A stretch of 64,000 bases of DNA from Candidatus Spongiisociaceae bacterium (GCA_965262915.1 OZ253564.1:3296001-3360000), one strand, 5' to 3'; positions 48,107-59,294 are shown, counted from the stretch's first letter. A program made the numbers and translations. The notes: a model not told the origin generated them from the letters alone.

Positions 48107-49462
48107 ATGGTTGACCGGATGGTTGTCATAGGTGGGGACGCCGCCGGAATGTCCGCGGCGAGCCAGGCCCGACGGCGCAGGCCGGCGGACGACCTCGAGA
48201 TCATCGCCCTGGAACGTTCGAGTTGGGTGAGCTACTCGGCGTGCGGTGAGCCGTACTACGTGGCCGGTTACGTCGAGCCGCTCCAGCGGTTGGTGGCGAG
48301 GACACCCGAGAGGTTCGCCCAGATGGACATCGAAGTGCGAACCCGCCACGAGGCAACCGCCATCGACCTGGACCGGCGGAGAGTCTCGGTCACCGCGCTC
48401 GACTCGGGTGAGCGGAGCGAGCTCGGCTTCGACACTCTGATGATCGGGACCGGTGCACGGCCGCTCCGGCCGCCCATAGGTGGGGCGCATCTCCCCGGGG
48501 TGTTCGGACTCCACACCCTCGACGACGCCGTCGCGCTCCGGACCGCCGCCGATGCCGGACCTGGAAACGCGGTGGTGGTGGGCGGCGGGTATGTCGGGCT
48601 GGAGGCGGCCGAGGCATTTCACAGCCGGGGATGGAAGGTGACCATCCTGACCTCCGGCAAGGCAGTGCTCGACCGTACCCTCGATCCCGACCTCGGATCG
48701 CAGGTGGTGTCGGCGATCGAGAAGATGGGTATCCGGGTGGTCACCGGAACCCGGGTGGAGTGCATCAACGGCGCCGACCGGGTGGAGAGCGTCGGATGCG
48801 ATGACGAGACCCATCCGGCGGAGGTGGTGGTGCTCGGACTGGGTTTCCGCCCCGAGTCGAGCCTGGCCGCGCAAGCCGGTATCGGACTCGGCCCTACCGG
48901 CGCCATATCGGTGGACGACCGCCAGCGAACCGACGCCGACGGTGTCTGGGCGGGCGGCGACTGCGCCGAGGCCGCTCATCGGTTGACCCGACGGCCGGTC
49001 AACTTCCATCTGGGCACGGTCGCCAACAAGGCGGGACGGGTGGCGGGTATCAACATCGGGGGGGGAGACGCCCGCTTCCCCGGCGTGCTCGGAACCGCTA
49101 TCACAAAGGTCTGCGACCTCGAGATATCCTCCACCGGCCTCCGGCTGCCCGACGCGGCCGCCGCCGGATACGACGCTGTGGTCGGCGACGCCCACGGATC
49201 CACCACGGCCGGATACTGGCCCACGGCGTCTCCGATGACCATCAGGGTGGTGGCAGAGCGAATCGGCGGTCGCATCCTGGGCGCCCAGGTGGTCGGCGGG
49301 CCGGGCGCCGGCAAGCGGATCGACGTGTTCGCCACCGCCATCTGGAACGGGATGACCGCCGAGGACCTCGCCTGGGCCGACCTGGCCTACGCTCCGCCCT
49401 TCTCGGGGGTCTGGGACCTCATCCACATCGCCGCCCGCCGCGCCGCCCTCCGGACCTCCTGA
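48107..49462 (+). CDS. FAD-dependent CoA-disulfide reductase/NADH oxidase family protein
   Basis: GGDAAGMSAA, SYSACGEPY redox Cys, GGGYVGLE, YAPPFS. Confidence 0.93.
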   Translation: MVDRMVVIGGDAAGMSAASQARRRRPADDLEIIALERSSWVSYSACGEPYYVAGYVEPLQRLVARTPERFAQMDIEVRTRHEATAIDLDRRRVSVTALDSGERSELGFDTLMIGTGARPLRPPIGGAHLPGVFGLHTLDDAVALRTAADAGPGNAVVVGGGYVGLEAAEAFHSRGWKVTILTSGKAVLDRTLDPDLGSQVVSAIEKMGIRVVTGTRVECINGADRVESVGCDDETHPAEVVVLGLGFRPESSLAAQAGIGLGPTGAISVDDRQRTDADGVWAGGDCAEAAHRLTRRPVNFHLGTVANKAGRVAGINIGGGDARFPGVLGTAITKVCDLEISSTGLRLPDAAAAGYDAVVGDAHGSTTAGYWPTASPMTIRVVAERIGGRILGAQVVGGPGAGKRIDVFATAIWNGMTAEDLAWADLAYAPPFSGVWDLIHIAARRAALRTS

Positions 49463-49701
49463 AGCTCCTATCCGGATCCGGACGCGCACGCGGCCGACCT
49501 CGACCCTCTCGCCCTGCCTGCATCACCGCAGGATTGCGCGCCGATGAAGCTCGGTCCTGCCCCGATCGGCTGGTCACCGGTGCGCATATGGCCGCCTCCA
49601 TGCACCGGGCCCTCACGACACCCGGAACACTGACCCACACGACACCCCGCAACACCACCCGCCTCGTCCCGTCCGGTCCTGGCAGCGGCGTCTCTTGAAT
49701 G

Positions 49702-51450
49702 TCACCTACGAGGGAGCAGGGAGAAGACGACCGACACCCGGGTATACCCGTTGTCGGTGGTGGAACCGACCGCGACGGCGCCGAGACCCTCCGACAGTAC
49801 CCCGTGCAAGTCGTCGTCTAAGTGGGCGGGGTTCAACTCGCCGATGATGCGCGGGCTGTTCACGTAGGCGAGGAAGAAGAGGCTGTCCGGCAGGTGCTCA
49901 ACGGTGCGCCGGTACTCGTCGGTGTCGGAGAGCCGGTCCCCGCGGCGTTCCTGGAGCGCGACGGAGATCTCGAGGGCCTTCTCGCTGGTCGCCAGCGTCA
50001 GGTAGCCGTCGTGCAGGACGTAGCCCGGCGAGAGGCTCCAACCGGTCTGCCTGAGAATGTGGGCATCGTTGTCGGCGCCCACTTCGATCCGTTCCGGGGA
50101 CTCCCCGGTCGGCGAGACGACCAACTCGAACAGGTCGCCGACCGTCGTAGCGAGTTCCTCCTCCCGTCCGGGTCGGTAGGACAGGATCGCCACACCGTCC
50201 ACCGGATTCGCGGACCGGTCGCTGTCGAGGTCGACATCGTGGACAGCGACCACTACGTCACCCCGCAGATGGTCGAGCAGATCCTCTTCCGGGTCGAAAC
50301 CGGCCATCTGCTCCACAGCCCACAGACCCAGGTCCAGGAGATCCGCCAGGGTCGCACCGGCGCCTGGCTCCGGAGCATCATCCGCCGACCACAGGTCGAA
50401 CCACCCGGACCGATCGTTCCGACCAGGAACCAAGTCCGCTACAGAGCAGCGGCCCAGGGAGTCGCGCCAGTTGTCGACATCGGGATCGAAGATCGCCGCC
50501 ACGAACCCGAGGCTGTCGGCCGGGAGCAGGTCAGCACTATCGCCGAGATCAGTCGGGTCCACCCACCAATCGATCACGGTCGGGGTCATCACGTCCACGA
50601 CCAGGCCGCGGTCCACCCATCCCGCCGAGCCCATGACCCGGTCAGGCGTCTCGAACAAGCCTCCACCGCACACATCACCGCCCCGGCCATCGCCACCCCA
50701 CCCATTGCCGATGATGTCGACCACCCGTCCGTAATCGACGTAGAACGACGCGAAGCGCCCGTCCGGAAGGGCGGCCCGCGCCCGGGCGAAGTCCGCATCC
50801 GAGTCGAGGGTGCGGGGATGGTCGCCCGAAGCACGCTCAAGGACCTGCTCGAGGGATCGCCTCGTCGACGCCGCCACGAGGAGGTCCTCGGTCAGCGCAT
50901 AGAATTGTTCACCGTCCTCCCCCATCCAGGCCTCATACCCGTTGACAGCTTCCCGGACGAACGACGTCGAATGTTCGGCCCTCAGGTACTCCAGCCATCC
51001 CGCCAGGAACCCGCCAGCCGCAACCCGGTCGCGTACCGCAACGGTGATAGCGCCTTCGACCCTTCCGCCATCGACGTTCACGTCGAAGAGGGCCGCCGAG
51101 ACCTCGCCTCCGAACCAGTCACCGACCTGTGAGACGTCGATCCGCGTCTCGCGGTTGATCTGTTCCTCGAAACGGTCCAGCCATCGCCCGAACCCGGGCA
51201 TCTGGTCGAATTGCTCCCAGGTCTCGGTCATATACGTACGCTGGTTCCCCGACGGCGACAGGGTCAGCCAGAGGTAGGCCACGACATCGGGGGGGTAGTA
51301 CCGAGCCGAATGTTCCGGTGGCGTGGTGCCCCAGGGAGCGACCCGGCTAGCGACGTATAGTGCCGAGCCGACCACAAGCGCGGTGACGATCGATACGAAG
51401 ATGACCGCCCCACGACGGGAGGCGCTCTCTGAGGTCGAGTCATCGGCCAT
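49702..51450 (-). CDS. DUF3352-like membrane-anchored protein
   Basis: N-terminal TM, SARYYPPD, WFGGEVS, duplicated L....F..A...LP / LAYVN halves. Confidence 0.65.
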   Translation of the reverse strand: MADDSTSESASRRGAVIFVSIVTALVVGSALYVASRVAPWGTTPPEHSARYYPPDVVAYLWLTLSPSGNQRTYMTETWEQFDQMPGFGRWLDRFEEQINRETRIDVSQVGDWFGGEVSAALFDVNVDGGRVEGAITVAVRDRVAAGGFLAGWLEYLRAEHSTSFVREAVNGYEAWMGEDGEQFYALTEDLLVAASTRRSLEQVLERASGDHPRTLDSDADFARARAALPDGRFASFYVDYGRVVDIIGNGWGGDGRGGDVCGGGLFETPDRVMGSAGWVDRGLVVDVMTPTVIDWWVDPTDLGDSADLLPADSLGFVAAIFDPDVDNWRDSLGRCSVADLVPGRNDRSGWFDLWSADDAPEPGAGATLADLLDLGLWAVEQMAGFDPEEDLLDHLRGDVVVAVHDVDLDSDRSANPVDGVAILSYRPGREEELATTVGDLFELVVSPTGESPERIEVGADNDAHILRQTGWSLSPGYVLHDGYLTLATSEKALEISVALQERRGDRLSDTDEYRRTVEHLPDSLFFLAYVNSPRIIGELNPAHLDDDLHGVLSEGLGAVAVGSTTDNGYTRVSVVFSLLPRR

Positions 51451-51555
51451 GAACCACTCAGTTTACCCGGACAAGTCCCGTACCACCGATGACGCCCTAC
51501 CACGAGAGGTAACGCCGGCTGCCGCTGCCATGCTCGCGCATACCCGCCGGCTGCC

Positions 51556-51679
51556 GGCCCACCGCGTCGCCGATGACCATCCAGTCGTGGCCGAACTGGT
51601 CTGCGGACACATCCCCGGCGCCCGGGGCCTCCGCGGACCGGGCGCCGGAAAACGGATCGACGTGTTCGCCACCGCCATC
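51556..51679 (+). pseudogene. Degraded duplicate of the 3' part of the CoA-disulfide reductase gene
   Basis: Matches ~49219-49342, including GPGAGKRIDVFATAI. Confidence 0.8.
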
Positions 51680-51910
51680 CAGACCTGTTGACGTACCGCG
51701 TCCACGGCTGCACCGCCAGGCCGGCAAGCCTGCTCCCCAACTTCGGAGACCCCTTCCCGGGAACACGCCCCGTGTCCCCGTCGTTCGACTCTCCGGTTGT
51801 CGATAGACGGACGACGGGTCGAATAACACGTGTGTAAATACCACTGGTGTGACTATCGGCGGTGTATCCTTGCGGTGTCTGGTACCGAAGGATCGTCGGC
51901 GAGAAGTGAC

Positions 51911-54900
51911 ATGAGGAAAAGCGTTGCTCCGCGGGGGGCAACCCCAGCGTGGGGTTCCGGCAGAGTACATGCTCGCTGCGCCGCGATGTCTTTCATAGCG
52001 GTCGTCTTGACCTTCGTCATGGTATGGAGCCAGCCGGCAGCGGCGCTGCTACCGTCGTCCGGCGAGTCTCCGGCGTCGACAAGCCAGGCAACCATGCCGG
52101 ACACGGATTCCGTGATCTGGTCAGGTTCCCTCTCGCCCTCCATCAGCCCGAGTCCGGTCGCGGTGCTCGCCGGTGGCCACCAGAGGCTGCTCTCGTTCAC
52201 GGCGACAGTGCCTCCCGTGGCCACCTCGCATCCGCCTCGGCCGGACTGGATCATTGTTATGAGCATCACCGGCACCTCGGCAACGCCGAACGTGGGTCTT
52301 GCCGGCGGAAGCGGGGGTTCCCACACCATATACCTCCGCTACAAAGAGGTGGGTGATACAAACTGGAACTCAACCATATTTCAAGCTGACACCAGACAAA
52401 GCCATGCCACCGTACCCATCGTAATGACGGGACTGACCCCCAACACGAACTACGAGATACAGGTGTCCTTCGACAGCACCGATTGGAGCCCCTTCGAGAA
52501 GGAAAGGTTTACAACCAAGAGTGCCTCCGCCACCCTACCAATAGTTAGCTCTGTATGGGGTGACGAGATGAGCGCCTGCTCGGCGAGGATATATATCACG
52601 TTTTCCAATCCCGACCGTGACAGCTTGTTGGTCTACTTCCGGTGGAAGCAGAATGTGATGGGGGCTACTTGGAGCGCCATAGGAAATTATCCCAGCGGCG
52701 GCTCTGGCGCCAACTCCCAGGTAGGTCTTTCCCCCTCTACTACCTATGTGGCCCAAGCAACCATGGATCATAACTTCGTGAACGGCATCGTAACATCTGA
52801 ACCCTTCACCACCACCGCTGCCCCGTTTGTGAGCAAAGTAGTGGCCGACCCTGTAGGGAACACCACGGCCACGTTGACTGCGACACGGGAAAACTTCTGT
52901 ATTTCCTTCCCGACATATCACTTTCGTTACAGAGTCAAGGGAACAGAGACGTGGATCACGGGGGTGGCTAATGATAATAATCGTACCCATCTCACCGGAC
53001 TGACCCCCCTCACTACATATGAAGTCGAAGTGTCATTCCACAAGAACTTTGCTCACCCATTCAAGATCGAATTCAGAACGGGAACTCCTGACCCTCCAGT
53101 TCCAAGCCTGGCCGCAATCAACCTGGTGGATGCCCAACGTACGGAACTGACCGTGGTCGTGAAAGTAGCCGATGCGGAGAATGCGGAGGTGGATCAGAAG
53201 GTGCACCTTCTCTACCAGAATCTGAGGGCGAATACGTTCAGCACCCTGCAAAGTACGCCGATAACGGATTCAGAGGCCGAGTTCCCACTCTCTGGCCTTA
53301 TATCGGGTACCAGATACGGAATCTGGGCATCTCTGGATGACTCCCTTCTCACCGACACATTGACCCCGGAAACCAAACCGGACGAGGTGCTGTCCGCCGA
53401 GTTCCCCACGATCCCACCCGGCGTGATAGGTGTATCCCCACAGACGACGGGTCAGACGACTGCGCGGCTTACGGTGACGATCGCTGAGCCGAACGGTCAG
53501 GATCAGACAGTCTACGCGCAGTACCGCACGACAAGCCCGGAGGGCAACTGGGTGGACGCCTACAAGACTCCTGACGAGCCTCCTACTACCAAGACTGACA
53601 CCGCTATCCTAAACCTGACGGGTCTCATGTCTGACACGGAGTACGAGGCGCGGGCGTCGCTTGACAGTTCTTTTCCGGATGACGAGACGGTTGTGTCCGG
53701 CACGTTCCGTACTTTGCCGCCCGGTGTGACCGGGTTGCGTGTACATGATGTCAAACAGACGAGCGCCAAGGTCACCGTCGAGTTGAGTGCTGCGAATGAG
53801 AGTACTCTCTATCTGATCTATGCACCTATCTGTGGTGTATGGGGTTCTCTTGAAGAGCCCGTTTCCACGGGTCAGGGATCCGTCGAGTTCACGTTGGAGA
53901 ACCTCATGTCCGGGACGGAGTATGAGGTTCGTATTTCCTATGATTCTCGATTGAAGGACGTAGTCGGCCAGCAGCTAGTCCCGCCGGATGGTTGTGGGAG
54001 CGGGGAAGGAAAGTCGACTAAGGGGTCCGTGGTCAAGGGCGATGGCCAAGGGTCTGTGCAAAAGGATGATCCGGTAGACTTCAACGAGCTTACCTTCTCT
54101 ACGCTTCCGCCCAGCGTCGTCAGTGTCGCAGTCGATGATCAGACTGTCAGCCAGACCGAGGCAACCGTCACGGTAACGGTCAAGGAACCCAACGGCACCG
54201 CCCAAGTACATATCCGTTACAGCACAGCCAGCAACTTCCCGAGCGGGTCCACCGAGACCGAGTCCAAGGTGGTCCCGACCACCACCAACACCAACGGCGA
54301 GGACACGATCGACTTTGTCCTAACCGGGCTCAGTGCAAGCAGCTTCTACTACGTCGAGGCATCCTATGAATCCGCCTTCCCGGATTCCGACGCCACCGAA
54401 AGCACCGACTTCACCACCAAACCACCAAGCCCGGCGGTCTCTTCGGTCGAGGTTCTCGACAGCGGTAGCAATGAGATCACCAAGACGAGTGCAAAGGCGC
54501 GAGTTCACGTCACCAACCCCGACGGCGCCGCAGAGGTGCATATCCGTTACAGCACCGATTCGAGCTTCGGGCAGGGCTCCACGATCGTCACGGGCTCCGC
54601 CACTCCTGGGACCGGTGCCACCTACGCTGATTTCACGTTCTCCAGCCTGACTTCGGGTACGACCTACTACGTGCAGGCTTCGTACGACAACACCTTCCCG
54701 GCGACCGACGCCACCAAGACCACCCACTTCATTACCGATCCCCCCGCCCTCACCGACGTGACAGCCAGCGACCTCACCCAGACCGGCGCTACGGTCACCG
54801 TCACGGTTGACAAACCCAACGACACGTCCGTCCGGCTCCACTACATGTCCGCAGGCGGAAGCTGGAGCACGACCGATCTCAACAACGCCGTGTTCGACGC

Positions 54901-57900
54901 GAACGCAGACACCTACACCTTCGATCTCACAGGACTCATCTCCGGAACCGAATACACGGTGTACGCGTCCTACGACAGCACCCCACCATCCACCGAAGCC
55001 ACGCTCGCGGCAGCCCAAAGCGACACCTTCACCACTGTCGATCCGAATATCACCGATGTCGAAATCGACGACCAGAGCATCACCCAGACGGCGGCAACTG
55101 TCTCGGTGACCGTCGACGAACCCAACAGCACCCCTGTACAACTGCACTACAAGAAGACCTCGGAGTCGACCTGGAGCGGTCCCATGTCCGCGACTGCCGA
55201 TCCGAACACCAAGAAGGCGACGTTCGCCCTTGACGATCTCACCTCCGGGACCGGGTACACGGTGTTCGCGTCCTACGACCGCACCCCGCCGTCGGCCGGG
55301 GCCACGTTGGCTGATGAGCAGACCGACACGTTCATGACTGATCCTCCGACTGTTGAGAAGGTCGAGGCGACGGACAAGACTGACACCACGGCGGAGATCA
55401 CGGTCACCATCGCCGAACCGAATGGGGCGATCCAGACGGTGAGTGTCCGTTATCAGACGACCCCGTCGGGTAACTGGGTCACTATCCAGCCGGATCCCAC
55501 GACTGACCCCACCACTGACCACGCCACAGCCGTCGTAAACCTGGGCAGCCTCACGGCCAATACCCAGTACAGGGTGGAGGCGACCCTTTCCGGGAGCTTT
55601 GCCCAGGGGGTCAAGTCGACCACGTTCACGACTAACTCGTCTGGTCCTGGCGTCTCGAAGGTGGTGATGTCCGGCGAGACGCAGACGGGCGCCACTGCCA
55701 CCATCACCATCGCCAACGTGACCGCCGCGACCGCCGTTTACCTGCAATACCGGGAACCCGGATCGAATACTTGGAGTGACCCGCCCCAGGAGGGAGCCAG
55801 TACCACCGCTACTCCTGGCACTGCGGTGATCAAGCTGACCGGACTCACATCCGGAACCCAATACGAGGTGCAAGCGTCCCTCGACAACACCTTCGAGGCC
55901 GGCGTCCAGTCCGCCACCTTCACCACCGAACCCCCCAGTGCGTCCGCCGTGGACGTGATCGAGAAGAGCGCCAGATCGGCCAAGGTGCGAGTGGCGGTGA
56001 GTGAACCCAACGGTAAGACGACACTGTTCCTGCGTTATGGCTCCGGCGGTAACTGGAAAAGGGATTTCGCTTCGAATGTGAGTACCGAAGACGTTGAATT
56101 CAATCTCATCGGGCTCGAACCCGACAGCACGTATCAGGTGGAGGCGTCGTTCGACAGCACTTTCCCTCAAGACGCAACCGCTACAGGTACTGTCCATACT
56201 CCGCATCTCGATGCGCCGACGGTCGACGTGCCTGGCAAGGGCCAGACCACGGCCACGGTAGGCATCACGGTCTCGTCGCCGGATGATCAGGATGGGGTGG
56301 TCTTCTACCGCCATCGGGAAACCCCCGCGGGTTCGTGGAGCAGTATCCGGGCGGCTGTGGTCACCGGTGGATCGGCCACCGCGACCCTGTCGGGCCTTAC
56401 GTCCGATACGGAGCACACGGTGGAAGCCTCGCTGAGCCGAAGCTTCCCGCCCAACGCCACCGGGTCGTTCACCTTCACCACCGAGCCCCCGGGTGTCGAC
56501 GAGGTGGAGGTAACGGACAAGACAGAGACAACGGCGGAGGTTACCGTCACGATTTCGGCGCCCAACGGTGAGTCCCAGACCGTGTCTTTGGAGTACGACA
56601 CCAGCGTCAATACCGATCAGGGCACCTGGGGCAACAGCGAGCCGGGCTCGAGTAGCGACGACGAGGCGACCATCAACCTCAACGGGCTGTTGTCGGGTAT
56701 CCAGTACACGGTGCGGGCGTCTCTGACTGACGATTTCAGCGGAGAGACCCGTACGGCCACGTTCACGACCTCGTCCACCAGCCCGCACGTCGCCCGTGTC
56801 GAGGTTCTCGACGAGGATATCGAACAGACCGAGGCTACCGCAACCATCAGCATCGCCAACGTGACCGCAGCGACCAACGTTTACCTGCGTTACCGGACCA
56901 GCCCGTCGGGAGCCTGGAGCGACCCCATATTGGACGGCGCCAGCACCGCCACCGATCCCGGGACGGCCACCATCAAGATGACCGGACTCACCTCCGGCAC
57001 CCAATATCAGGTGCAAGCCTCCCTCAACAACAGTTTCACAGAGGGAGTCCAGTCGGCGACTTTCCGCACCCTGAGTCCCGTCGTCTCCGGGGTCAGCGTT
57101 ACAGACGTGACCCGAAGCGAGGCGACCGTCACGGTGGACGTCACCGCCCCCAACGGCGACCCGGTGTTCCTGCAGTACCGGACCGGCAGCAATGAATGGA
57201 TCGGCCACTTCGCCAATGTCGGCACCGAGGATTCCTCGGTCGACTTCAGTCTCCGAGGGCTCACCTCCGGCACGACCTACACCGTGCAGGCATCCTACGA
57301 CAGCGCCTTCATCACGGGCGTCGAGCCCGCCACCTTCACCACCCAGTCGGCCCCGCGTCCTCGTCCGACCGGTGGCGGCGGCAACACGGGCGGCGGCAAC
57401 ACGGGCGGGGGAGGCAACGGAGGGAACAAGAATCAACCGCCCGAGTTCATGGAAGGCACCAGGACAGTCCGTTCAGTGATTGAGAACACCCCGTCCGGCG
57501 AGGACGTCGGTAAACCGATCCCGGCCGACGATCCCGAGAACGACGACCTGACCTATTCCCTGGTCGGCCCGGACGCCGGCGATTTCGACGTTGAGGACGA
57601 CTCGGGCCAGTTGCTGACCAGATCCCCCCTCGACTTCGAGACCAAGACCCACTTCTTAGTGACCGTCTCCGTGCGGGACGGCGTGGACAGCGAAGGCGAG
57701 GACGACACCCGGCGCGACGACCAGATCCTGGTCGCGATCCTCGTGACCGACGAGGACGAAACGCCCAACCAGCCGCCCGCACTCACCGAGACCCCGCGAA
57801 CTGTTCGCATGGTGGCGGAGAACACCCGGTCAGGTGTCGCGGTGGGTGATCCCATCGAAGCGACCGATCCCGAAGGCGACGCCTTGACCTACTCACTCAA

Positions 57901-59233
57901 CCACCGGGACGGTCAGCACTTCGATATCGTCGAGACCTCCGGCCAACTGCTGACCAGATCCCCCCTCGATTTCGAAACCAAGGCCGGCTACATGGTGAGC
58001 GTGTCGGTACGGGACGGCAAGGACACGCGAGGCAGCGAGGACAGCGCCAACGACGACACGATCATGGTGACGGTGGTGGTGACAGACCGGGAGGAGCCCG
58101 GCACGGTGACCCTGTCGGCGCTGAGACCCCGCGTGGGCATCCCGCTCACCGCCGTTCTGACCGACCCGGACGGTGGCGTCACCGACGTCGGCTGGGTGTG
58201 GGAGCGTTCCGAGGACCGGGCCGGCTGGACGGCCATCAGCGACGCTACCTCGACTGCCTACACACCGACCACCGAGGACGAGGGCCACTACCTGCGGATC
58301 ACCGCATCCTACGCGGACCGACGCGGCGGCTCGAAGACCGCCTACGCGGAGCCCGACGCACCGGTGACCGAGGGCATCGACGAGGAGTTCACGGACGTGG
58401 ACGATACGAATGTCCACAAGCCGGCCATCGAAGCCCTCGCCTCCCAGGGTGTTTTCGTCGATACCGAGTGCGGTGACCAGCTGTTCTGTCCCGACCTTCC
58501 CATGACGCGGTGGGCGATGGCGGTATGGATTCTCCGGATCCTCGCCGACGAACCCGACACGGTCATCGGCGTTTCCCGGTTCGCCGACATAGCCCCCGGT
58601 CACTGGTGGATTCGGTACGTGGAGCGGCTCGCCGACCGCAAGATCACCATCGGATGCAAACTCGAGCCGTTCCGGTACTGCCCCGACCGCCCCGTCACCA
58701 GGGCCCAGATGGCCAGCTTCCTGGTCCGGGCTCTCGACCTCGAACCGGCGCCCTCGGCCGGCTTCACGGACACCGAGCGCACCGTGCACGCCGCCAACAT
58801 CGACGCGCTGTTCGCTGTCGGGATAACGATCGGATGCACCACCGAACCGCTCCGTTACTGCCCCTACGAGCCGGTCACCAGAGCCCAGATGGCCACCTTC
58901 CTGTACCGGATGGCGCCGCGGCTGGACAGGCAGGCGCTGGTGGCGATCTTCAACGCTACCGGAGGGCCCAACTGGAAGAAGAGCACCAACTGGGTCACCG
59001 ACGAACCGATCAGTGAATGGTACGGCGTCGAGACCGACTCAGGCGGACGCGTCAGCAGCCTCGACTTGGTCGACAACGGGCTCAACGGGGCGATACCCCC
59101 CGAGATCGTCATCCTCACCAAACTCGAGAACCTGAAACTGGCCGACAACGTCCTTCTCGGGTGTATCCCGGAGGGTGCGCGAGACATCCCCCGAAGCGAC
59201 CTCGACGGGTACGACCTCCCGTACTGCGAATAG
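51911..59233 (+). CDS. Giant secreted surface protein: ~17 FN3-like repeats, 2 cadherin-like domains, Ig-like domain, SLH-like domains, C-terminal LRR
   Basis: Signal peptide ending AAA; repeated L.GL.SGT.Y.V.AS...F..FTT; NQPP.F / DPE.D.LTYSL / LDFETK; VTRAQMA.FL; DRQALVAIFNATGGPNW...L.G.IP. Confidence 0.88.
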   Translation: MRKSVAPRGATPAWGSGRVHARCAAMSFIAVVLTFVMVWSQPAAALLPSSGESPASTSQATMPDTDSVIWSGSLSPSISPSPVAVLAGGHQRLLSFTATVPPVATSHPPRPDWIIVMSITGTSATPNVGLAGGSGGSHTIYLRYKEVGDTNWNSTIFQADTRQSHATVPIVMTGLTPNTNYEIQVSFDSTDWSPFEKERFTTKSASATLPIVSSVWGDEMSACSARIYITFSNPDRDSLLVYFRWKQNVMGATWSAIGNYPSGGSGANSQVGLSPSTTYVAQATMDHNFVNGIVTSEPFTTTAAPFVSKVVADPVGNTTATLTATRENFCISFPTYHFRYRVKGTETWITGVANDNNRTHLTGLTPLTTYEVEVSFHKNFAHPFKIEFRTGTPDPPVPSLAAINLVDAQRTELTVVVKVADAENAEVDQKVHLLYQNLRANTFSTLQSTPITDSEAEFPLSGLISGTRYGIWASLDDSLLTDTLTPETKPDEVLSAEFPTIPPGVIGVSPQTTGQTTARLTVTIAEPNGQDQTVYAQYRTTSPEGNWVDAYKTPDEPPTTKTDTAILNLTGLMSDTEYEARASLDSSFPDDETVVSGTFRTLPPGVTGLRVHDVKQTSAKVTVELSAANESTLYLIYAPICGVWGSLEEPVSTGQGSVEFTLENLMSGTEYEVRISYDSRLKDVVGQQLVPPDGCGSGEGKSTKGSVVKGDGQGSVQKDDPVDFNELTFSTLPPSVVSVAVDDQTVSQTEATVTVTVKEPNGTAQVHIRYSTASNFPSGSTETESKVVPTTTNTNGEDTIDFVLTGLSASSFYYVEASYESAFPDSDATESTDFTTKPPSPAVSSVEVLDSGSNEITKTSAKARVHVTNPDGAAEVHIRYSTDSSFGQGSTIVTGSATPGTGATYADFTFSSLTSGTTYYVQASYDNTFPATDATKTTHFITDPPALTDVTASDLTQTGATVTVTVDKPNDTSVRLHYMSAGGSWSTTDLNNAVFDANADTYTFDLTGLISGTEYTVYASYDSTPPSTEATLAAAQSDTFTTVDPNITDVEIDDQSITQTAATVSVTVDEPNSTPVQLHYKKTSESTWSGPMSATADPNTKKATFALDDLTSGTGYTVFASYDRTPPSAGATLADEQTDTFMTDPPTVEKVEATDKTDTTAEITVTIAEPNGAIQTVSVRYQTTPSGNWVTIQPDPTTDPTTDHATAVVNLGSLTANTQYRVEATLSGSFAQGVKSTTFTTNSSGPGVSKVVMSGETQTGATATITIANVTAATAVYLQYREPGSNTWSDPPQEGASTTATPGTAVIKLTGLTSGTQYEVQASLDNTFEAGVQSATFTTEPPSASAVDVIEKSARSAKVRVAVSEPNGKTTLFLRYGSGGNWKRDFASNVSTEDVEFNLIGLEPDSTYQVEASFDSTFPQDATATGTVHTPHLDAPTVDVPGKGQTTATVGITVSSPDDQDGVVFYRHRETPAGSWSSIRAAVVTGGSATATLSGLTSDTEHTVEASLSRSFPPNATGSFTFTTEPPGVDEVEVTDKTETTAEVTVTISAPNGESQTVSLEYDTSVNTDQGTWGNSEPGSSSDDEATINLNGLLSGIQYTVRASLTDDFSGETRTATFTTSSTSPHVARVEVLDEDIEQTEATATISIANVTAATNVYLRYRTSPSGAWSDPILDGASTATDPGTATIKMTGLTSGTQYQVQASLNNSFTEGVQSATFRTLSPVVSGVSVTDVTRSEATVTVDVTAPNGDPVFLQYRTGSNEWIGHFANVGTEDSSVDFSLRGLTSGTTYTVQASYDSAFITGVEPATFTTQSAPRPRPTGGGGNTGGGNTGGGGNGGNKNQPPEFMEGTRTVRSVIENTPSGEDVGKPIPADDPENDDLTYSLVGPDAGDFDVEDDSGQLLTRSPLDFETKTHFLVTVSVRDGVDSEGEDDTRRDDQILVAILVTDEDETPNQPPALTETPRTVRMVAENTRSGVAVGDPIEATDPEGDALTYSLNHRDGQHFDIVETSGQLLTRSPLDFETKAGYMVSVSVRDGKDTRGSEDSANDDTIMVTVVVTDREEPGTVTLSALRPRVGIPLTAVLTDPDGGVTDVGWVWERSEDRAGWTAISDATSTAYTPTTEDEGHYLRITASYADRRGGSKTAYAEPDAPVTEGIDEEFTDVDDTNVHKPAIEALASQGVFVDTECGDQLFCPDLPMTRWAMAVWILRILADEPDTVIGVSRFADIAPGHWWIRYVERLADRKITIGCKLEPFRYCPDRPVTRAQMASFLVRALDLEPAPSAGFTDTERTVHAANIDALFAVGITIGCTTEPLRYCPYEPVTRAQMATFLYRMAPRLDRQALVAIFNATGGPNWKKSTNWVTDEPISEWYGVETDSGGRVSSLDLVDNGLNGAIPPEIVILTKLENLKLADNVLLGCIPEGARDIPRSDLDGYDLPYCE

Positions 59234-59294
59234 CCATGCCGCGCCGGTAGGCGGGATGCCGGTTCGGATCCGGGCTCTGGAAGCTATGGACTAG

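Noticed and set aside
47909-49489. 526-aa minus-strand ORF and similar long overlapping ORFs (e.g. 16095-17507, 60294-61817, 17570-18787)
   Set aside because: Antisense to well-supported genes, with no family motifs.
57370-57430. GGN-rich tandem repeat as a separate element
   Set aside because: Encodes the Gly/Asn/Thr linker of the adhesin.
54320-57436. 1038-aa minus-strand ORF
   Set aside because: Antisense shadow of the repetitive adhesin; no motifs; expected from high-GC codon bias.
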